Shown in pieces: positions 1-15,000 of a stretch of 64,000 nucleotides of DNA. Origin of the DNA: Saccostrea cucullata (lineage: Eukaryota); the NCBI RefSeq assembly GCF_032062105.1, contig NW_026938695.1, forward strand, positions 620,001 through 684,000, given 5' to 3'. Each line of letters begins with the position of its first letter. Within the stretch, counting starts at the first letter, position 1. The notes under the pieces are model-generated. The model worked only from the letters and a program-made list of their open reading frames with translations, was not told the origin of the DNA and did not search any database. Position numbers and translations under genes: made by a program.

Positions 1-469
1 AAAGTTGTACTTACCTCATAAGTTCATCAAAAAACTTCTAGCAGCATCAAGTGGAGTTATACACACAATTATCATTTAATTACAACAGGAGAACATCCAC
101 CGCGTGGCTCTATACCTCCCTATCTAAAATCGCCAATAAATCTATACCACCTCCTCCTGTCTATGCTGAACTGGTCTTGAATGACGAGGCACTGGGTGAA
201 AGATAACATAGGGACGTGGCATGGCTTCAGAGTGTTCGCAATCAATACCCGTAGAACAAGAGCGCGTGGAATCTGCATAGTGACTGATAATCAAAAATTC
301 GAGAGAGAGATAATGGAGGCATGTTAGGGTAGTTATGTAATTTTTGTATGTTAAGAGTGAGAAACTTCCTCTTTAATCAGAGATTGCAATCAAAGTAGGT
401 AAATAAGAAGTGAAAATACTCATGAAACATTTCTCGGAATGTTCCTTTTCATTTTTCTCTTGATTAATA

Positions 470-880
470 GAGTGAAATATAAAGATTACAAGCAATAATT
501 AATCTAAAAAGTCAATGCAAAAAATGCAAACTGGAAGCAGAGCAAACTCGGAACTTTACAAATATGGGGTTGGAAACAGTTGCCATTCTTTAGCGAGTGG
601 TCACATCTGATCTGTGCTCATTTTCATGGTCGGGCAAACGAAAATCTCCGTAGATTTAGTGTTAAAAGGATGACCTACCAATCTGTATGCAAAAAAATCA
701 GTTAACATGCGACTTTAAACTAGATTGTATTTTCTGGGCAGTAAAAACAACATTGTCTACATAACAGACTTTGCAGATTGCTGATTTTAAACAAGACAGT
801 TGATATCCTTTGTCATCAATATGTTTTTCAGTAGCTTCTCTCCTTGTAAAAATTGTCTAGATCTGTTCAGATGCATTGCT
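470..880 (-). mobile_element. Degenerate 3' remnant of a non-LTR (Penelope-like) retroelement: RT C-terminus plus 3' tail
   Basis: Minus strand 760-880 translates, with a frameshift, to RQFLQGEKLLKNILMT-GYQLSCLKSAICKV, resembling the C-terminus of mollusc Penelope-like RTs (recalled, not searched). Related tail fragments recur near 2330-2600 and 39050-39230. Confidence 0.45.
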
Positions 881-2019
881 TAATGCTGAAAATGTGGATT
901 AAGTACCTTTATTAAATTAAGAAATGTATGGCCATGAGCAAGGCCTATTTTTCAGCGCTGCATATCACTCTAGCTATTTTGTGACTTCATTAGGCACGCG
1001 TCTGTAATTCTCTTTTTCTCACTTGTGAATTATTGAACACAGATAGATAGCTGGTTTTCACATTACAATGATCGCTTAATACGAGATTTTTTACATATAT
1101 TTCATATGTTTAATCCATTCAAACAAAGTGTCAACGTCCTCTTCTTCGTGCCTGGTCAATCACCTGGCGTAATTTTCTATAAAATCCATAATATTTATGA
1201 AATTATGACACCAGTTAAGAGATAAGAATTCATGAAGATTTTATAAATACATTCTTTAAAGATACGCCTTTGAAGTTTTAAAAAAATCGATAAATTAATC
1301 CAAGAATATCTCTTTGCAATTTACCTTTTCCTTTTTCATTAGATTTACGGCTTTTAAGGAATTTTCTTGTTCATTAGAAAGGAAAGACTCTTTTTTTCAA
1401 AATCAGACGTTACCCAAATGAAATTTCTTTGAATGCGCGATATATGATATATAATATTTCTCTTTTTTGGGGTTTAAAAATAAGAGTTGTGTTCGTTATC
1501 TCCATGTATTTCATTCTTTTATATCAGGATTGAAGTATTCAGATTAAAATCAAAAGAAAAATTTACACCTTGATACAAAGGCTTCAAATTTATTATAATT
1601 TTTCACTTTAGAAATTATAATTTGCTTTTACTTTTATTTACCTTTATTTAAAATCAACATAAATATCCTTTTTCCAGACAGGATGAACTATTTCTTTAAA
1701 AGAAGAAAATTATTTTTATTAGAACCATATAAATGACATGAAAATAATATTTGTATAACAATCGACCATTGCAATTTACATAGTATATTTTGTACATAAC
1801 TTTGTGAAATAATTGATATTGATAAATTGATTGCGGAAAAATAAATCCTTAGGTCTACCTTTAATTTGCTTTGATTAACAGAAACATTGCTTTTTTGGTA
1901 ATACATGTATCAGCAATCATACATAAAGTTAAACCTTGTCTTACTATAGTTACATAAAGTTCTAAATGTTCTATTCTCTTTTCACATGTTATTGAGTGAT
2001 AATTCTCAACAATGAAATG

Positions 2020-2297
2020 TACAGTGGTCAGAGCGTCTGCTATAGAGTCGCAGAGTAAGGAGCCAATCCAAGTTCGAATCCTACTGTCGGACGTGGAGAC
2101 AGGTCGCTCGGATTAAACTGTATAAATATAGGATCCTTCTCAAAGAAAGCACTGTCACGAAATTATCCTTCGCTGCTCAATGGCCGTAAGTGCCGAGTAC
2201 AGGACAATTTTTCTAGCTCTCCAACGGCAAGTGGTGGAGTCTCCATATGAGTGAAAGATTTTCGAGAGGGACGTTAAACAACATACAAACAAACAGC
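2020..2297 (+). mobile_element. tRNA-derived SINE copy
   Basis: A-box-like cagtggtcagagc, B-box gttcgaatcc, shared body ...ctcaatggccgtaagtgccgag...tctccatatgagtgaaa..., AAAC-repeat tail. Dispersed family in this window. Confidence 0.75.
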
Positions 2298-2774
2298 AAT
2301 AAAAAAAAACATGGACACCATATTTAAGAATCGTACATGGATAGTAAGAGAAGTCATCACCTCTAGACTAGTCACCCAGCTGTGAGTCTTTTGTATCGAT
2401 TGGATAATCGGAGTAATCCGTCGCAAAAATAGGTATAAAAGCTTTAGCCTTCACATCAACAACAGGAAAAATACAGATTACGAAACACAGCGATAAGTAT
2501 AGAAGAATGAAAAGCTTTAGCGTTCACATTAACAACGGGAAAAGTACATGTTAAAAACACGGCGATAGATTGTGCTTCCGAACAAGATAATCGTTACAAC
2601 CATTTTCAATATATTACAAAATTGACTATTTTAACGAAATTATTGGATGTCATAACATTTAAGTTACTATTGTTATGTTTTTGTATGAAAAAGTATAGTA
2701 CACAGATCATAAATAAATGTATAAAATCACTTGATAAAAATGAAATGCAGAAAACATCATCCCATAATCATCTT

Positions 2775-3075
2775 TTGATTGATTGTATATTGTTTAACGC
2801 CCTCTCGAACAATTTTCACTCATATGGAGACGCCACCACTTGCCGTTGGAGATCTAGAGCTGCAAATTTTGTCCAAAACTCTGCACTCAGGGCCATTGAC
2901 CAGGGAGGAATCTTTTTCGTGCCAGTTCCTACTGCGACAAGGGACATCGGTTTATTGGGTCTCATTCGAAGGACCAGTCTCTACGTCCAACAATGGGATT
3001 CGAAACCGCGACATAAGGATCAACCCCTTACTTCGCAACTTTAGAGCGGACGTTCTAACTACTGTACCACGCGAA
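2775..3075 (-). mobile_element. tRNA-derived SINE copy (same family)
   Basis: Reverse complement of the 2020-2297 family (ttttcactcatatggagacgccacc...gggattcgaa). Explains the spurious ORFs 2622-3044 and 2779-3141. Confidence 0.75.
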
Positions 3076-6000
3076 CGACATATAATGATTGAATATTGTA
3101 ACCTAAAAATATCGGAAATTGTTGGTGAAACAGTTTTCTAGAACATAAATAGTCGTTTGACACATACCAGTTTGGTAACATATTGATCACAGTGCATTTA
3201 ATAGACACAATGCACAAATAGATATGATTTATCCAGGAAAAATATGCCACATCGCCTTAACGTGTGAACATTTTTTAATCATGCAAACGCAACTCAACGT
3301 GTGAATGCTGTTGATAAATAGGTAAGGTTAAATAAGGCATTGTTGCTTTGTGTACATGTTTATATAAAAATTTGGTCCTTCAAAAAAATGTATTTTTCTT
3401 CTTTTCTCCATTCTAATACGTTTTTAGTTTTAATGATTTTATCATTTGTTCTGTCAAAAAAATAAACATATAATGAATATTTAAAAAGTACATATTGCAA
3501 TAAAGATAAAGTAATATGTTTTGAGGGAAATATTACATATTTTATTCTTTTCAGAGTACAAGAGATTGCCAAAAACTTTATCCAACTATTATCATCGATA
3601 CATCCATGAAACCAAAACGAAAAATATGGGGATGGGGATAGGTATGAATCTTTATATGCTGCTTAAAGAGGTATCTAAAGAAACTGATATTCAGATATCC
3701 GGACGCTTCACATATCCGGACAAATTGTTAGGAAACATAGCGTCCGGATAAATGAGGCTCCACTGTATATAGTGGGAAAGTGAGACTAAGATAAAATGTG
3801 AGCTCTTCTAAGTTTTAGGGTCCTGATGTTTAAACTTGTTCCTTTGTCTTTATGATAATGTAACAAGCAGTCTTTATTATATTTTATGTATAGGTTTATC
3901 ACTCCATCATTGCTTATAATAAAATTATCTGTTTATAGTTATTTTCACTCACTACCCCTGGCTACAGAAAAGAGATATAAAAGGTTTTTTTTTTTCATTG
4001 CGCATTGTTGTAACGAAGACTTCATCGAAACACGTGTAAAAGGCTATGAATTTCAATGATACTTTCAAGCCCTTAAAAGTCGGGGGACGACATTTTCCCT
4101 TGGTATACTTTTTTGCTGCTATACATGTAATGTATATTCTTTTTAACCAGATGTCGCTTCACAACTAACTATTTATAACTATAAAAACGAGGTCTAGTAA
4201 AATTTCTAAGCTTGAACATTTTACCATATAATAAAACGACTGCAACGATCCAGAATTTTACTGACGAGAAATCTTTCAGGTGTCTACGGCCAGTTATGTT
4301 AAATCATCTTATTTTTATCCTTTTCGTTAAGAAATCCATGTGAAAAATTCGAAGCTGTGAATTTGTAATGAATTCTTTCCTGTAAATATATCCAGTTTTA
4401 TCATTAAAAGTCCATAGGGACAGGCAGAAAATATTTATCAAACTAAATCAACACTAAAAAGGGCAGATATATTGATTTTGTTTTTCTTGACATTATGTAA
4501 CTGTTAGAAAAAAATGTGTTTTTATTAGCATGAAACAATAAAACTATCACTCTAAGTAAACATAGAATATATCTTTTAATATGAAAGCTGTTAGAACATG
4601 TAAAAAATTAAGAGTAAAAGTCAATCAATAAGCCTATCTGGTGAAAAATTCTTTTTTTTTCTTCGCCGTTAAGTGAAAACGTAACAACATTTTTGTAGTG
4701 CATGATGCCAAGTTTAACACATACTGATATTTTTTCTTTTTTTTTTTTTGTTCCCCAAACTTCCCGCGTGAGTTAGATGTTTTACAGTGAAAATTGGCAA
4801 CATTTACATGTAGGTCTTTTGCAGTCTCAAATTGCAAAAAAAATATTTTATTAGCAGAAAATATACTTGAACTTTGTATTCATGTATATAAAAAGAGAAC
4901 GCCGATCTCAGTCTAAAATAATAATTACATACACGTTCTTCATTCAGATGAAACATATATGATATGTAATGTAATATATATATATAAGTATATAATGTGA
5001 AAGAAAAAAAAATTCTGAATTTAATTTCAACTAGAGACTGGCGCCAACATCATTAAAAGATAGAAATACATGTTATTTTAGAAAAAGAAATTTATGTTAA
5101 CTTACAAATTAAAAGTTTTTTATCGTTCGTCATGGTGGGTAACAGTCGACAGGAGATGCTCACTCGTCCATTTCACCTGATCTATGATCCGATATCCGAC
5201 ATTTATCAAAATTAAGGAGGCTTGGGGTAAAAAAAAAATTGAGCCATCATATTTAACTTACTTTTTAGGTAATGATTTCCTAAGATGTCAACTATCATTC
5301 GGCAAAGAAAAGTATCATCCATTTGTGTTTTAAAATTTGATCATTTTAATCATATCTTTATATGAAGCTCTTTTTCTGAAGGAAATCAATAAAGTCTAAA
5401 AAAAAAAAAAAAAAAAAAATGTCCACAACCGCCCATCCCTCTTAAGCCCTACATGAAATTATTTATATATCAATTTTTCCAGAAATTCTTAAAGCTTTTC
5501 CTAAAAGAGGGTAAAGTGCATGATTTGACTACAATTATTTATTTCAACCCTGATTTTTTCTCTGACCAGTTACCAGGCCCTTGATTTTATAATGAATTAA
5601 GCTACAGAATAATCTTTTCTCTACCTGATTAATAAGTATTAACGGAGGATGTGTCTGATCAATACTGGATGTTTTTTACTCGAAGGCACCTTATCACATT
5701 TGTATATAGAATTTCCGGAGCTTTCTATTATTTTGACTAAGTGGTTCTGAAGATGATTTTCAATTATATTGGGATCTTTCTCATCATACCATGTCAAAAT
5801 ATTTTGACATGTTTTTTTTTTTCTAGACAGATAGAAAGACATTTTGAGGTAACACGACACAAACTAACTTTTAACTTTTTAAAACTCATGAAAATGAAAA
5901 CATACGTCATAATTAAATGAGCAAATTGAATAATTTTGATCGCACAGATTTTAATTTTTCATTCAAAGCATCACAATAATGGAATTTTAAGTGACAAAAA

Positions 6001-6232
6001 TTGTATAAATCAATAGAATTCTTGCAAAAAGATTTTTATCAAAATGCATATTAATAATATTTTTGACGAAATGTTCTTTCATAGATTATCAAAGGTCATT
6101 CATGGTTTTTGCTTAAATTACAGATGCTTTCATGGTACCTTCAGAGATTGCAAACAAAAGTGTATCGACACGTGATAGCGTTTCAAAATGAGTGAAAAAT
6201 GTAAAAAAAAGAAAATAATATATAAATCTAAA

Positions 6233-7765
6233 AATAAGAGGCCCATGAGGCCTTATAGGTCACCTGAGCATCATGGTACAACTTTCAAAGCACTGAATTT
6301 GGTCGGTGTTTTTAACCAGAGGCCATGGGATTCACAATTTTGAAGAGGCATCATTGCTCATCATAAGTATATACACTAAGCGTGCTTAGTTTGGTTTCTC
6401 AAATCTCATAAGCAGAGTAGGGGGACAGAAATACATTTCAGTAGATATAAGCAATAAACAATTACAGTGCCCTCATCCCACAGGAGCCGCTGACCCTTGG
6501 GCCACATATATCTCAATTTTGAAAAAGGCACCCTTACTCACCACATATGTTTGATTTAAAACAAAAAGCAGATTTCAAAGCATAAATTCATTTTCAGTAT
6601 TTTATCATAAGAGCCTCCCCTCTACGGTATCCTAAACCCATGGGCTTTAAAATTTACAATTGAAAGAGATAATCTTCTTCGTCCTAACTAAGTAGGTACT
6701 CAGTAGTTCATCTGCTTAGTACCCAGAATCAGAGGAGATTTTTCATAGAATTAATACATTTCCGTTATTGTATAATCAATAGAGTCCAGCACTAACACCA
6801 AGACCCCTGACCCTGGGGACATGAAATTTAAAATTTTTAAAGAGGCACTCTTGCTGATCATAACTATGTTTGTAATTAGTTTGTTTTTTACCCAGGAGCA
6901 GATCTGTTCTAGAGTAGAACACCAGAACCCCTGACACTGGGGCCATTAATTACAAAAATTGGAAGAAGGGATCTTTCTCATCATACCTTGTAACTTTGTA
7001 GTTAGTTTGTTTAATAGCAAGGATCAAAGAAGAAGAGCTAATTAATGCACTTTTGCTATTGAATCAATAGAGCCCTGTCCTAACACCAAAACCCTTGATT
7101 CTTGTGCCATGAACTTCACAATTTTGGAAGAGACACTCTTCCTCATCATAACTATACATTAAAGTAGTTTGTTTAATACCCAGGTGGAGAGGAGAAGTTT
7201 TTCAAAGAATTAATGCATGTATTTTCACTATATAATCATTGAGCCCCACACTAACACAAGGACCCCTAACCCTAGGGCCATAAACTTCACAATTTAGGAA
7301 GAGACCTCATCATAAGTTACATGAAGCTAATTTGTTTAATACCTAGAAACAGAGGAGGAAATTGTCAAAAATATAACATATTTTCACTGTGAAATCTATA
7401 CAACCCCGCCCTAGCACTAGAACCCCTGACCTTGGGGCCATAAGTTTCAAAATTTTGATAGAAAACCCAATGCTTATTACGAGTATGCCTACAGTTTGAC
7501 AGCATGGTGTCCAGGAATAAAGAAGATTTTTAAATATTGTGTAGATTTTTGTTGTTTTGGCCACATCCCTTAGGCCTCAGGGGGCACCATGAAATTCACC
7601 ATTTTTGTTTCCCTTCACCTATAAATGCTATATGCCAAATTTAGTTGAAATTGTTTGAGTAGTTTTAGAGAAGAAGCTAAAAATTTTCAAATTTTAACGC
7701 ATGGTGCACAACGGACGACGCACGACAACGGACAAAAGCGTATAGCAATAGGTCATCTGAGTGAC
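6233..7765 (+). mobile_element. Non-autonomous Helentron/HINE-like (pearl-like) element with internal degenerate tandem repeats
   Basis: 5' end aataagaggcccatgaggcc...ggtcacctgagc, degenerate repeats of about 140 bp (accccTgacc...ggcc...cacaatttt), GACG/ACG microsatellite, truncated 3' end ataggtcatctgagtgac. Confidence 0.65.
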
Positions 7766-8186
7766 AAACAAGCAAGAAGTATTGTGGAACGACTCTTCAT
7801 GTCCTACGTTGGGGTTTGAATAAACAACAAAAGAATATACTTAGAAGGTGATACCTTCACTCAAACAACTGTGCTATGCTGGTGGCATCAAAATAACTGG
7901 TTGAGAAAATAATGTTATCAAATATATGTGTTAAGAGGAGTATTTTCAGCAAAAAAGACAAAGAAACCATCAAAAAGTGTAGAAACAAATTAACGTTATA
8001 AAACAAAGTTGAATCAAGCAAGCATTGAACGTTATTATGTACAACATTTATCTTTAACACCCTACTGTTCTGCAATAGTCTCCTAACAGTGGCTGGTAGA
8101 GCATTCTTGACACCAATGTTATCAAAATAATAAACATTTCTATTTAGGGAATGATTTCCTTGTAATGTCGTGATTTTGTGCAAATT

Positions 8187-8970
8187 GTTCTCTGCAGTAA
8201 TGTTTGTTACTTCTTTTTTTAACTAAATATTGATTTCCTGACATGCATGGGTAATTGAAATTTTTAATAACGTTTATTTGTTCTGAATTAAGATCCCTGT
8301 CATGCTTGAGACAAACGTTTTTATTAATTTTTTTTTTTTCGAAACTTGAATGCAATGATTATTACTATAGTTTTGCTACATGTGCATTGAAAGGAAGCTT
8401 AAAAAAGAGAATTGAAATGCTCTAGAATTTAGATTCAACTGTATCTTTTTCAAATGACAATTTTCAATTAAAAATTTCTAAAATATGTAAGACTTTTTTT
8501 TTTAATTTTGAATGCAATGATTATTCTCTGCAGTAATGTTTGTTACTTCTTTTTTTTTTTTTTTTACTAAATATTGATTTCCTGACATGGGTAATTGAAA
8601 TTTTTAATAACGTTTATTTGTTCTGAATTAAGATCCCTGTCATGCTTGAGACAAATGTTTTCATTAATTTTTTTTTTTTTCGAAACTTGAATGCAATGAT
8701 TATTACTATAGTTTTGCTACATGTACATTGAAAGGAAGCTTAAAAAAGAGAATTGAAATGCTCTAGAATTTAGATTCAACTGTATGTTTTTTCAAATGAC
8801 AATTTTCAATGAAAAATTTCTGAAATATGTAAGATTTTTTTTAAAATTTTGAATGCAATGATTATTTTTCTGGTGTGTATACATTGAAAGGAAGCTTATA
8901 AAAATAGATTGAAATGTTTGAAAAATTCAGATACAACTGTACTTTATTTTTCAAATGACAATTTTCTAAA
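8187..8970. repeat. Recent tandem duplication of about 340 bp plus partial third subunit
   Basis: ttctctgcagtaatgtttgttac starts near 8188 and again at 8525. The copies are nearly identical apart from homopolymer lengths. Confidence 0.9.
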
Positions 8971-9034
8971 AATTAATACACTTACTCTAAATCTATAAAA
9001 GTTGTGCATTTATTTGTTTTTGATATCAAGTAAA

Positions 9035-10135
9035 TGTTTTAAGTTCACCTACACCGACGGCTCAAGTGAACTTTTCTGAACGACATTTGAACGTTTTCTT
9101 TCTTTTTCGTTGTTGGCGTTGTTGTCATTTTCGTTTTAAACTTTTCACAGTTTTATCTTTTCCACAATCACAGGAGCATTTTCAAACAAACTTGGTGCAG
9201 ATTTTTTTGGGGTAAATGGAGTTCAAATTTATTCTAGAAAAGGGTCACGCCCTCCTCCAAAGGGAGATATAATAACATGATAATGAAAAATTAACGGTAT
9301 CTTTAATCTTATTCTCAGGAACCCATGACCCAGGAAAGATGTAACTCATGTAGTATCATTGTCAGATTGTGCAATTCGATTTTTGTTTCAAATCAGGACC
9401 CTCGGGGGTAAGATCGGCCTACAAATGAGGCTGAAAGTTTAACATTATGATATAAAGAAAAAGTTTTTAAAAATCTTCTCGAGAACAGTAATGTTATGAT
9501 TGGACTTATATCATGAAAACGCATCCTCAAGTGGTGTTTATTCAAGTTTCGTCAAATCATTCCCCTGGGTTAGGGTTGGGCCACAGTGGACAAATAGAGT
9601 TTTACATAGGAGTTTATAGAAAAAAAATTCCTTAGAAAACTTCTCAAAAACAGCAAAGCCATGATTGGAAATATTGATATGAAAGATTCCTCAGGTGGTG
9701 TAGATTCCAGTTTTAACAAATTATGACCCCCGAGGGGAATGTGTGGCCACATTGGATAATCAAAGTTTAACATAGGTGTGTTTAGGAAGCATCCTTAAAA
9801 AGCCTCTTCTTAAAAACAGAGAAGTCATTATTGGTCATACATGTATTTATAAAAAAGCATTCTAGGATAGCATGAATAGTGTAAATTCAAGTTTATCCAA
9901 ATCATGGCCCCCATGAGTAGGGCAGGGCCACAATGAAAATTTCAATTTTTAAGAAAAAAGCCATAGTTAGTCAAAGAAATATATAAGTATCCTAGATTCT
10001 GTTTTGTTCGAATCATACTCCCCTTCACTTCTGCGTGAAGATCGCGATCCGGACCACTTACAGGTATGCATTTAAACTGTTCAACACTAAACTGAGGTTT
10101 AGCTCTTTTTCCTAGCCACAGTACTCAGGTAAGCA
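9035..10135 (-). mobile_element. HINE-like element, reverse orientation, decayed
   Basis: Terminal hairpin agttcacct...aagtgaact at left, gggccaca-containing repeats, ctcaggtaagc near right end. Confidence 0.55.
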
Positions 10136-10665
10136 TCATAATTTTTTCTACTAAGTCGGTTTTTCTTTTAATTTCAAAGAACCTAATAAAGTGACAACTA
10201 TCCCTCAAATAAGATCATTTATTTTCATATATATGTAAAGCACATTATTTTTTTCAAAGACATTCAGACAAATATGCATATAATGTGAACAAACAGCTTG
10301 AAGCACTTGCATTTAGAAAGATAAAAGACATACAATTGAAGACGCTTGTGTAATCAGAATATTAATAACTGTTTCAAAAGCGTAAACTAACATCACCAAA
10401 TGGAAACCAATAATAACGTTACAGAAATTACATTGTTTCCTTCTATTGTATAAACTCTTTTATTATGTAATTTTCGAAAATAATTTCCTTAATTCATAAT
10501 TTCCCTTCAGAGCAAAGCCATAATAACAAGATACATGTGAACCAATAACAACACTTGCTTGATTTGAATTAAGTATTTGATTCCCTTCAATAATGACAAA
10601 TACTTGTAAATCAATAATGGCAAAGCCATGTCTTTTATAACATTCGGTTTTCAAAACAACAATTT

Positions 10666-10965
10666 AGTCACCCACGTGGCGGAGTGGTACGAAGTCTTCT
10701 GTAGAGTTGCTGGATAAAGAGTTGATCCTTGCGTCGAGGCTTTGAATCCCACTGTGGGACGTGGAGACAAGTCCTTCAGGTGAGACAAAAGTAACCGAGC
10801 TCCCTTTCGCAGTAAGTACTGACACAAAGAAGATCCCTCAATGCTCAATGGTCCTGAGTGCAGAGTATACGTAAAAATAATTGCAGCTCTCCATCGACAA
10901 GTGGGTGGCGTCTCTATGTGAGTGAAAAATTCTCAGGAGTGACTTTAATTATGAACAAGAAACAA
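10666..10965 (+). mobile_element. tRNA-derived SINE copy
   Basis: tggcggagtggt A box, ttgaatccc B-box-like motif, same body as 2020-2297. Confidence 0.75.
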
Positions 10966-10970
10966 ATTCT

Positions 10971-12055
10971 AAACAAGAGGCCCATGGGCCAAATCGCTAA
11001 CCTGAGCACACTGGCTAGGAAATAAAAGAAGAAATCACTTCAGTATTGAGAAGTTTACATGCGGGGGTCTGAAATTTTAAACTACCAACTACCTAATGAT
11101 GCTTCCATACAATAAATGCCTTTGCTGCTTTTGAGCAGATTATTTTTTCCTATCTATTCATTTTATCCCCCCCATTGTGGCCCAGCCCTACCCCTGGGAG
11201 CCCTCATTTCAGCCAGTATGACTTTTTACTGCCTTAGGATGCCCCCCATATCAATATGATTGAAAATGGCTTTTCTGTTCCGTGGAAAAAAATTTCCTTG
11301 ATATTTTTAGGTAAAACTTTGATTCCCAATTGTGGCCCACCCTACCATCCGTACTTCCCATTCATGACTTAAACAAACTTGAATCAACACTACGTGAGGG
11401 TGTTTACATAAAGATATGACCAATTATGGCTTTGTGGTTCTTCAAAAAGAATTTTAAAAAAAATTAATTTTCCAATGTATGCATTCCTATGTAAAACTTT
11501 AATTGTCCATTGTGGCCCCGCCTTACCCCTGGGGGTCATGATTTGAACAAACTTGAATCTACACAACCTGAGGATGTTTTCACATAAGGTTCATCTTTCC
11601 TGGCCAAGTGGTTCTTCATAACAAGATTTCAAAAATTTTATCCTATGTATTCCTAAGTAAATCTTTGATCGTCAGTAGTGGCCTTGCACTACCCAGTGGT
11701 GCTTGAGAAGGAGATTTTTAAAGATTTTTCCTATATATTCCTATGTAAAACTTTGATCGTCAATTGTGGCCCCGCCCTACCCCCGGGGTCATAATTTTAA
11801 CAAACTTGAAGGATGCTTCCATATAAGTTTTATCTTTACTGGCCCAGTAGTTCTGGAGAAGATCTTTTTTTAAATTTCCTATGTATTTCTATGTTAAAAG
11901 TTGATCAGCCATTGTGGCCCCGCCCTACCCCCGGGGGTCATGATTTGAACAAACTTTAATCTACACTACCAGAGGATGCTTCCACGTGAATTTCATCTTT
12001 TCTGAACCAAGGGTTCTGGAGAAAATTTTCAAAGATTTTTCCTATATATTCCATG
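10971..12055 (+). mobile_element. 3'-truncated HINE-like element with internal tandem repeats
   Basis: Starts aaacaagaggcccatgggccaaatcgctaacctgagc. The motif tgtggccc...ctacccc...aacaaacttgaatc recurs roughly every 150-180 bp. Confidence 0.7.
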
Positions 12056-15000
12056 TATGAATCTACTGGACACTGTCTAGTTTTATCAAACACTTCGAGC
12101 TCAACACAATTCCAAAAATCAACCCAAGATTGACACTACTGGTATACTGTGTTAATGATCAAATATAAATACAAAGGTTTACTGTAGTAAAAACAAAACA
12201 AATCATGCAGGGTAAGCGACAATAAACTAACTAAAACCCGAAAAGGAGCCCAAAATGTACAAAGGTAAGGAGCAATGACGAACAAATTTTCATCGGAAAA
12301 AAAATTGATTAAACATCTGAGCAATAGTTTTTCTTATTTTTTTTCCTTAAAAAGTAGGAAAATTACAAGCTTATCTCCTGAATTGATTTTTATAAAATAT
12401 GCTGACATTGCATATTTTTTTTATTTTACTTTCATTGTATTATTTATTCAAGAATGTTAAACGCAGGCTAAGATTGATTGATTTCTTTGACTCCTTTTTA
12501 CACGTTCAAGTATTTATAATCTCATATTTGAAAAATATACATTAATAAAAAAGATATTCCTTAAGTTAAAGGTGAATTTAAAAATATACATTTTATGCAA
12601 CTAAAACTGTAGAGACATTCATAAAAACGCAATTCTCTCCTTTCTGAAAGGATATATTTACAGATAAATGTAAAAAACAAAACAACATATTTTACCATGA
12701 GCTTCAAATGTATCAGTGGAAATTGTAGTTATTAGATTTCTTTTACTTCTTTCAATCGAATTCTGCTTTATACGTCAGCTAGAATGCTTTCAACAATTCG
12801 AAGAACGATCACATCTTTGAACCCTATTATCATTTATTTGACTTTGTATTCCTCGCACGAACCTATGTTCATTATTCTGACAATTTACCTACAAATGATA
12901 ACGGAAAAGCATAAATACGTTCGATCTCTTACAAGTTTTCTTTAAGCAGACTTCTTATGTCACGATCTGTAGGTCAATCAGAGTGGAAATATATTTCAAT
13001 TTATGTCGAAAAAATAATTATAAAATACCTACATGGTGGCCAATGTCTTCTTTTAAAAAACATTAAAGTTCATTTACAGTATTCTAATCTTAAAATGTCA
13101 AAAAAACTTCTGCTAGACTTTAAAGAAGTCTTATTTAAAAACCAGAGATAACTTTTAGATATACCGTAATAAGACTAGATTAAGTACACGGAATCGGAGT
13201 AATACTAAATATTATATTTCTAATTCATTGTCAAATGTTAGACAATTTATGTTGCCACATTTGACTAACAATAACACATTTTCCAAGTAAACAGACAAAT
13301 GTTTTTCCAATAATGGGTACATTACAAGAAAGCAAGACAATGTTCTCTAGGATATCTTTGTCAAATTGGACATGACTTGTAACAGGTATAATCCGCTATC
13401 GTATCTTCAATCATTTTAGCAAGAATGGAGACAATAACGCTTATTTTGCAGAAAAGCTAATGGAATGCATCCTACTATTGAAAAATAATTAAAACAGTTA
13501 TGATGATTAAAAGAAAACCAGTTACATATACTTTAGGCGGTTGAGAATAAGAATACCATAGGCGGTTAAACTTAATCTTCATAAGCCTCTATTTTCTTTA
13601 AGAAGCCTTTATTTAAAGAAACACAAAATATGCGGGTCTTCCGACTTCATTTTCATATCAACAATAAACTTAGGGTCGCCGGTGTGGCATAGGCAGCAAG
13701 AGTGGAATGCTTGCTTGTTCCAACTTTGGTTAAAATTTGCCCAGCGATTCATTCAATCATAACTTATTTTATTTCAATTTTTTTTTGCCCTAGGTACCTT
13801 ACCATTTTTTCCTCAGACGGGAGGGGACAAGAAAACATATTTGTTTTAAAGGTGACCCTAGGTCTTTTTCCTGTCAGCATTGGTCCTACGTGTAATATGC
13901 TGCCGCATTTCTTGCCATTATTATTAAATGGACCCGCCGATTGAAATTATTGGTCAAATAAATTCTTCAAACCTAAAATAATTTTGATCTTAAGTCTGCG
14001 ATTTTATTTTAATTATGTGTATTAGCATATAATCGTTATAAACTGATGGAGTGAATGAAAACCATTTGATGTGGTTTATAAATTTGAACTCATTAAATTG
14101 TAATCAAGAACAAGGTAAAGTCCTAATACAAATTAAGCCCTGTATTTTTCTGAAATATGAAAGTGATATAAGAAATTAAATTCATTCTTTTTGAATGATA
14201 AGGATCCCATGCAGTAAGAATACATAAATTGTTTTCCTCATATAAATTCCTAAATGCTAATTGTGACGTCATTAACTCGTGCATTTCCCCTATTTTCTTA
14301 AAATGTTGCAGAAGACATCAATTTTTAGTGGAATTTTCTTTCTGAAAACATACTCTGCCACCGTCGCCCACAAAGATTTTGAGATATGTGATTTTTCAAA
14401 GCCGTTTACATAAAATATCAAAAAATTGTAGTGGGCGACGGTGGCAGAGACTATCTTGTAAAGGAAAATAAGCACAAAAATGAGTCTTTCTGAGGCTTTT
14501 CTGCATTAAAGTTTGAAATGTACCAAATTAATTACGTCATATTTCCAGAGCGGTCTTCCTTCATGCTATATTTTTTAACTATTTATCATATTCACCTACT
14601 CAACACTTGTTAAAGCCAATATCATGGCTTCTTAAGAACATTCGATTTTTAGGGCGCAATAAAGCATAAACTGTACCTTCTTCTTTTTGTTTTCGTGGGT
14701 GTATTCAATAATTTTCCTTTGCAAGCTTACCGGTACAATTTATAGAAAATATGAAAAAAATACCCTAATTCATTAATATTTGGAAAAATGAGAAGTATTA
14801 GAAGACTCAAAATGTCTGTTTATCTCGTAAGATTTCAGTTTTTCTGAGAATTGGATAAAAAAATCGAAATAAATGACATCGTTTACACAGATATATCCGA
14901 TTTATTTCCTCCAAAAAAGACAAGCTGGCGACACGGAAGCTAGCAAGCAAAATCTTGAGATATGGTCATTGCAGTATTTATCGTTATACAAATCCATTTC

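Noticed and set aside
10-280. Possible minus-strand exon ending at a GTAAGT donor
   Set aside because: All three frames contain stops and no family was recognised. It may be untranslated.
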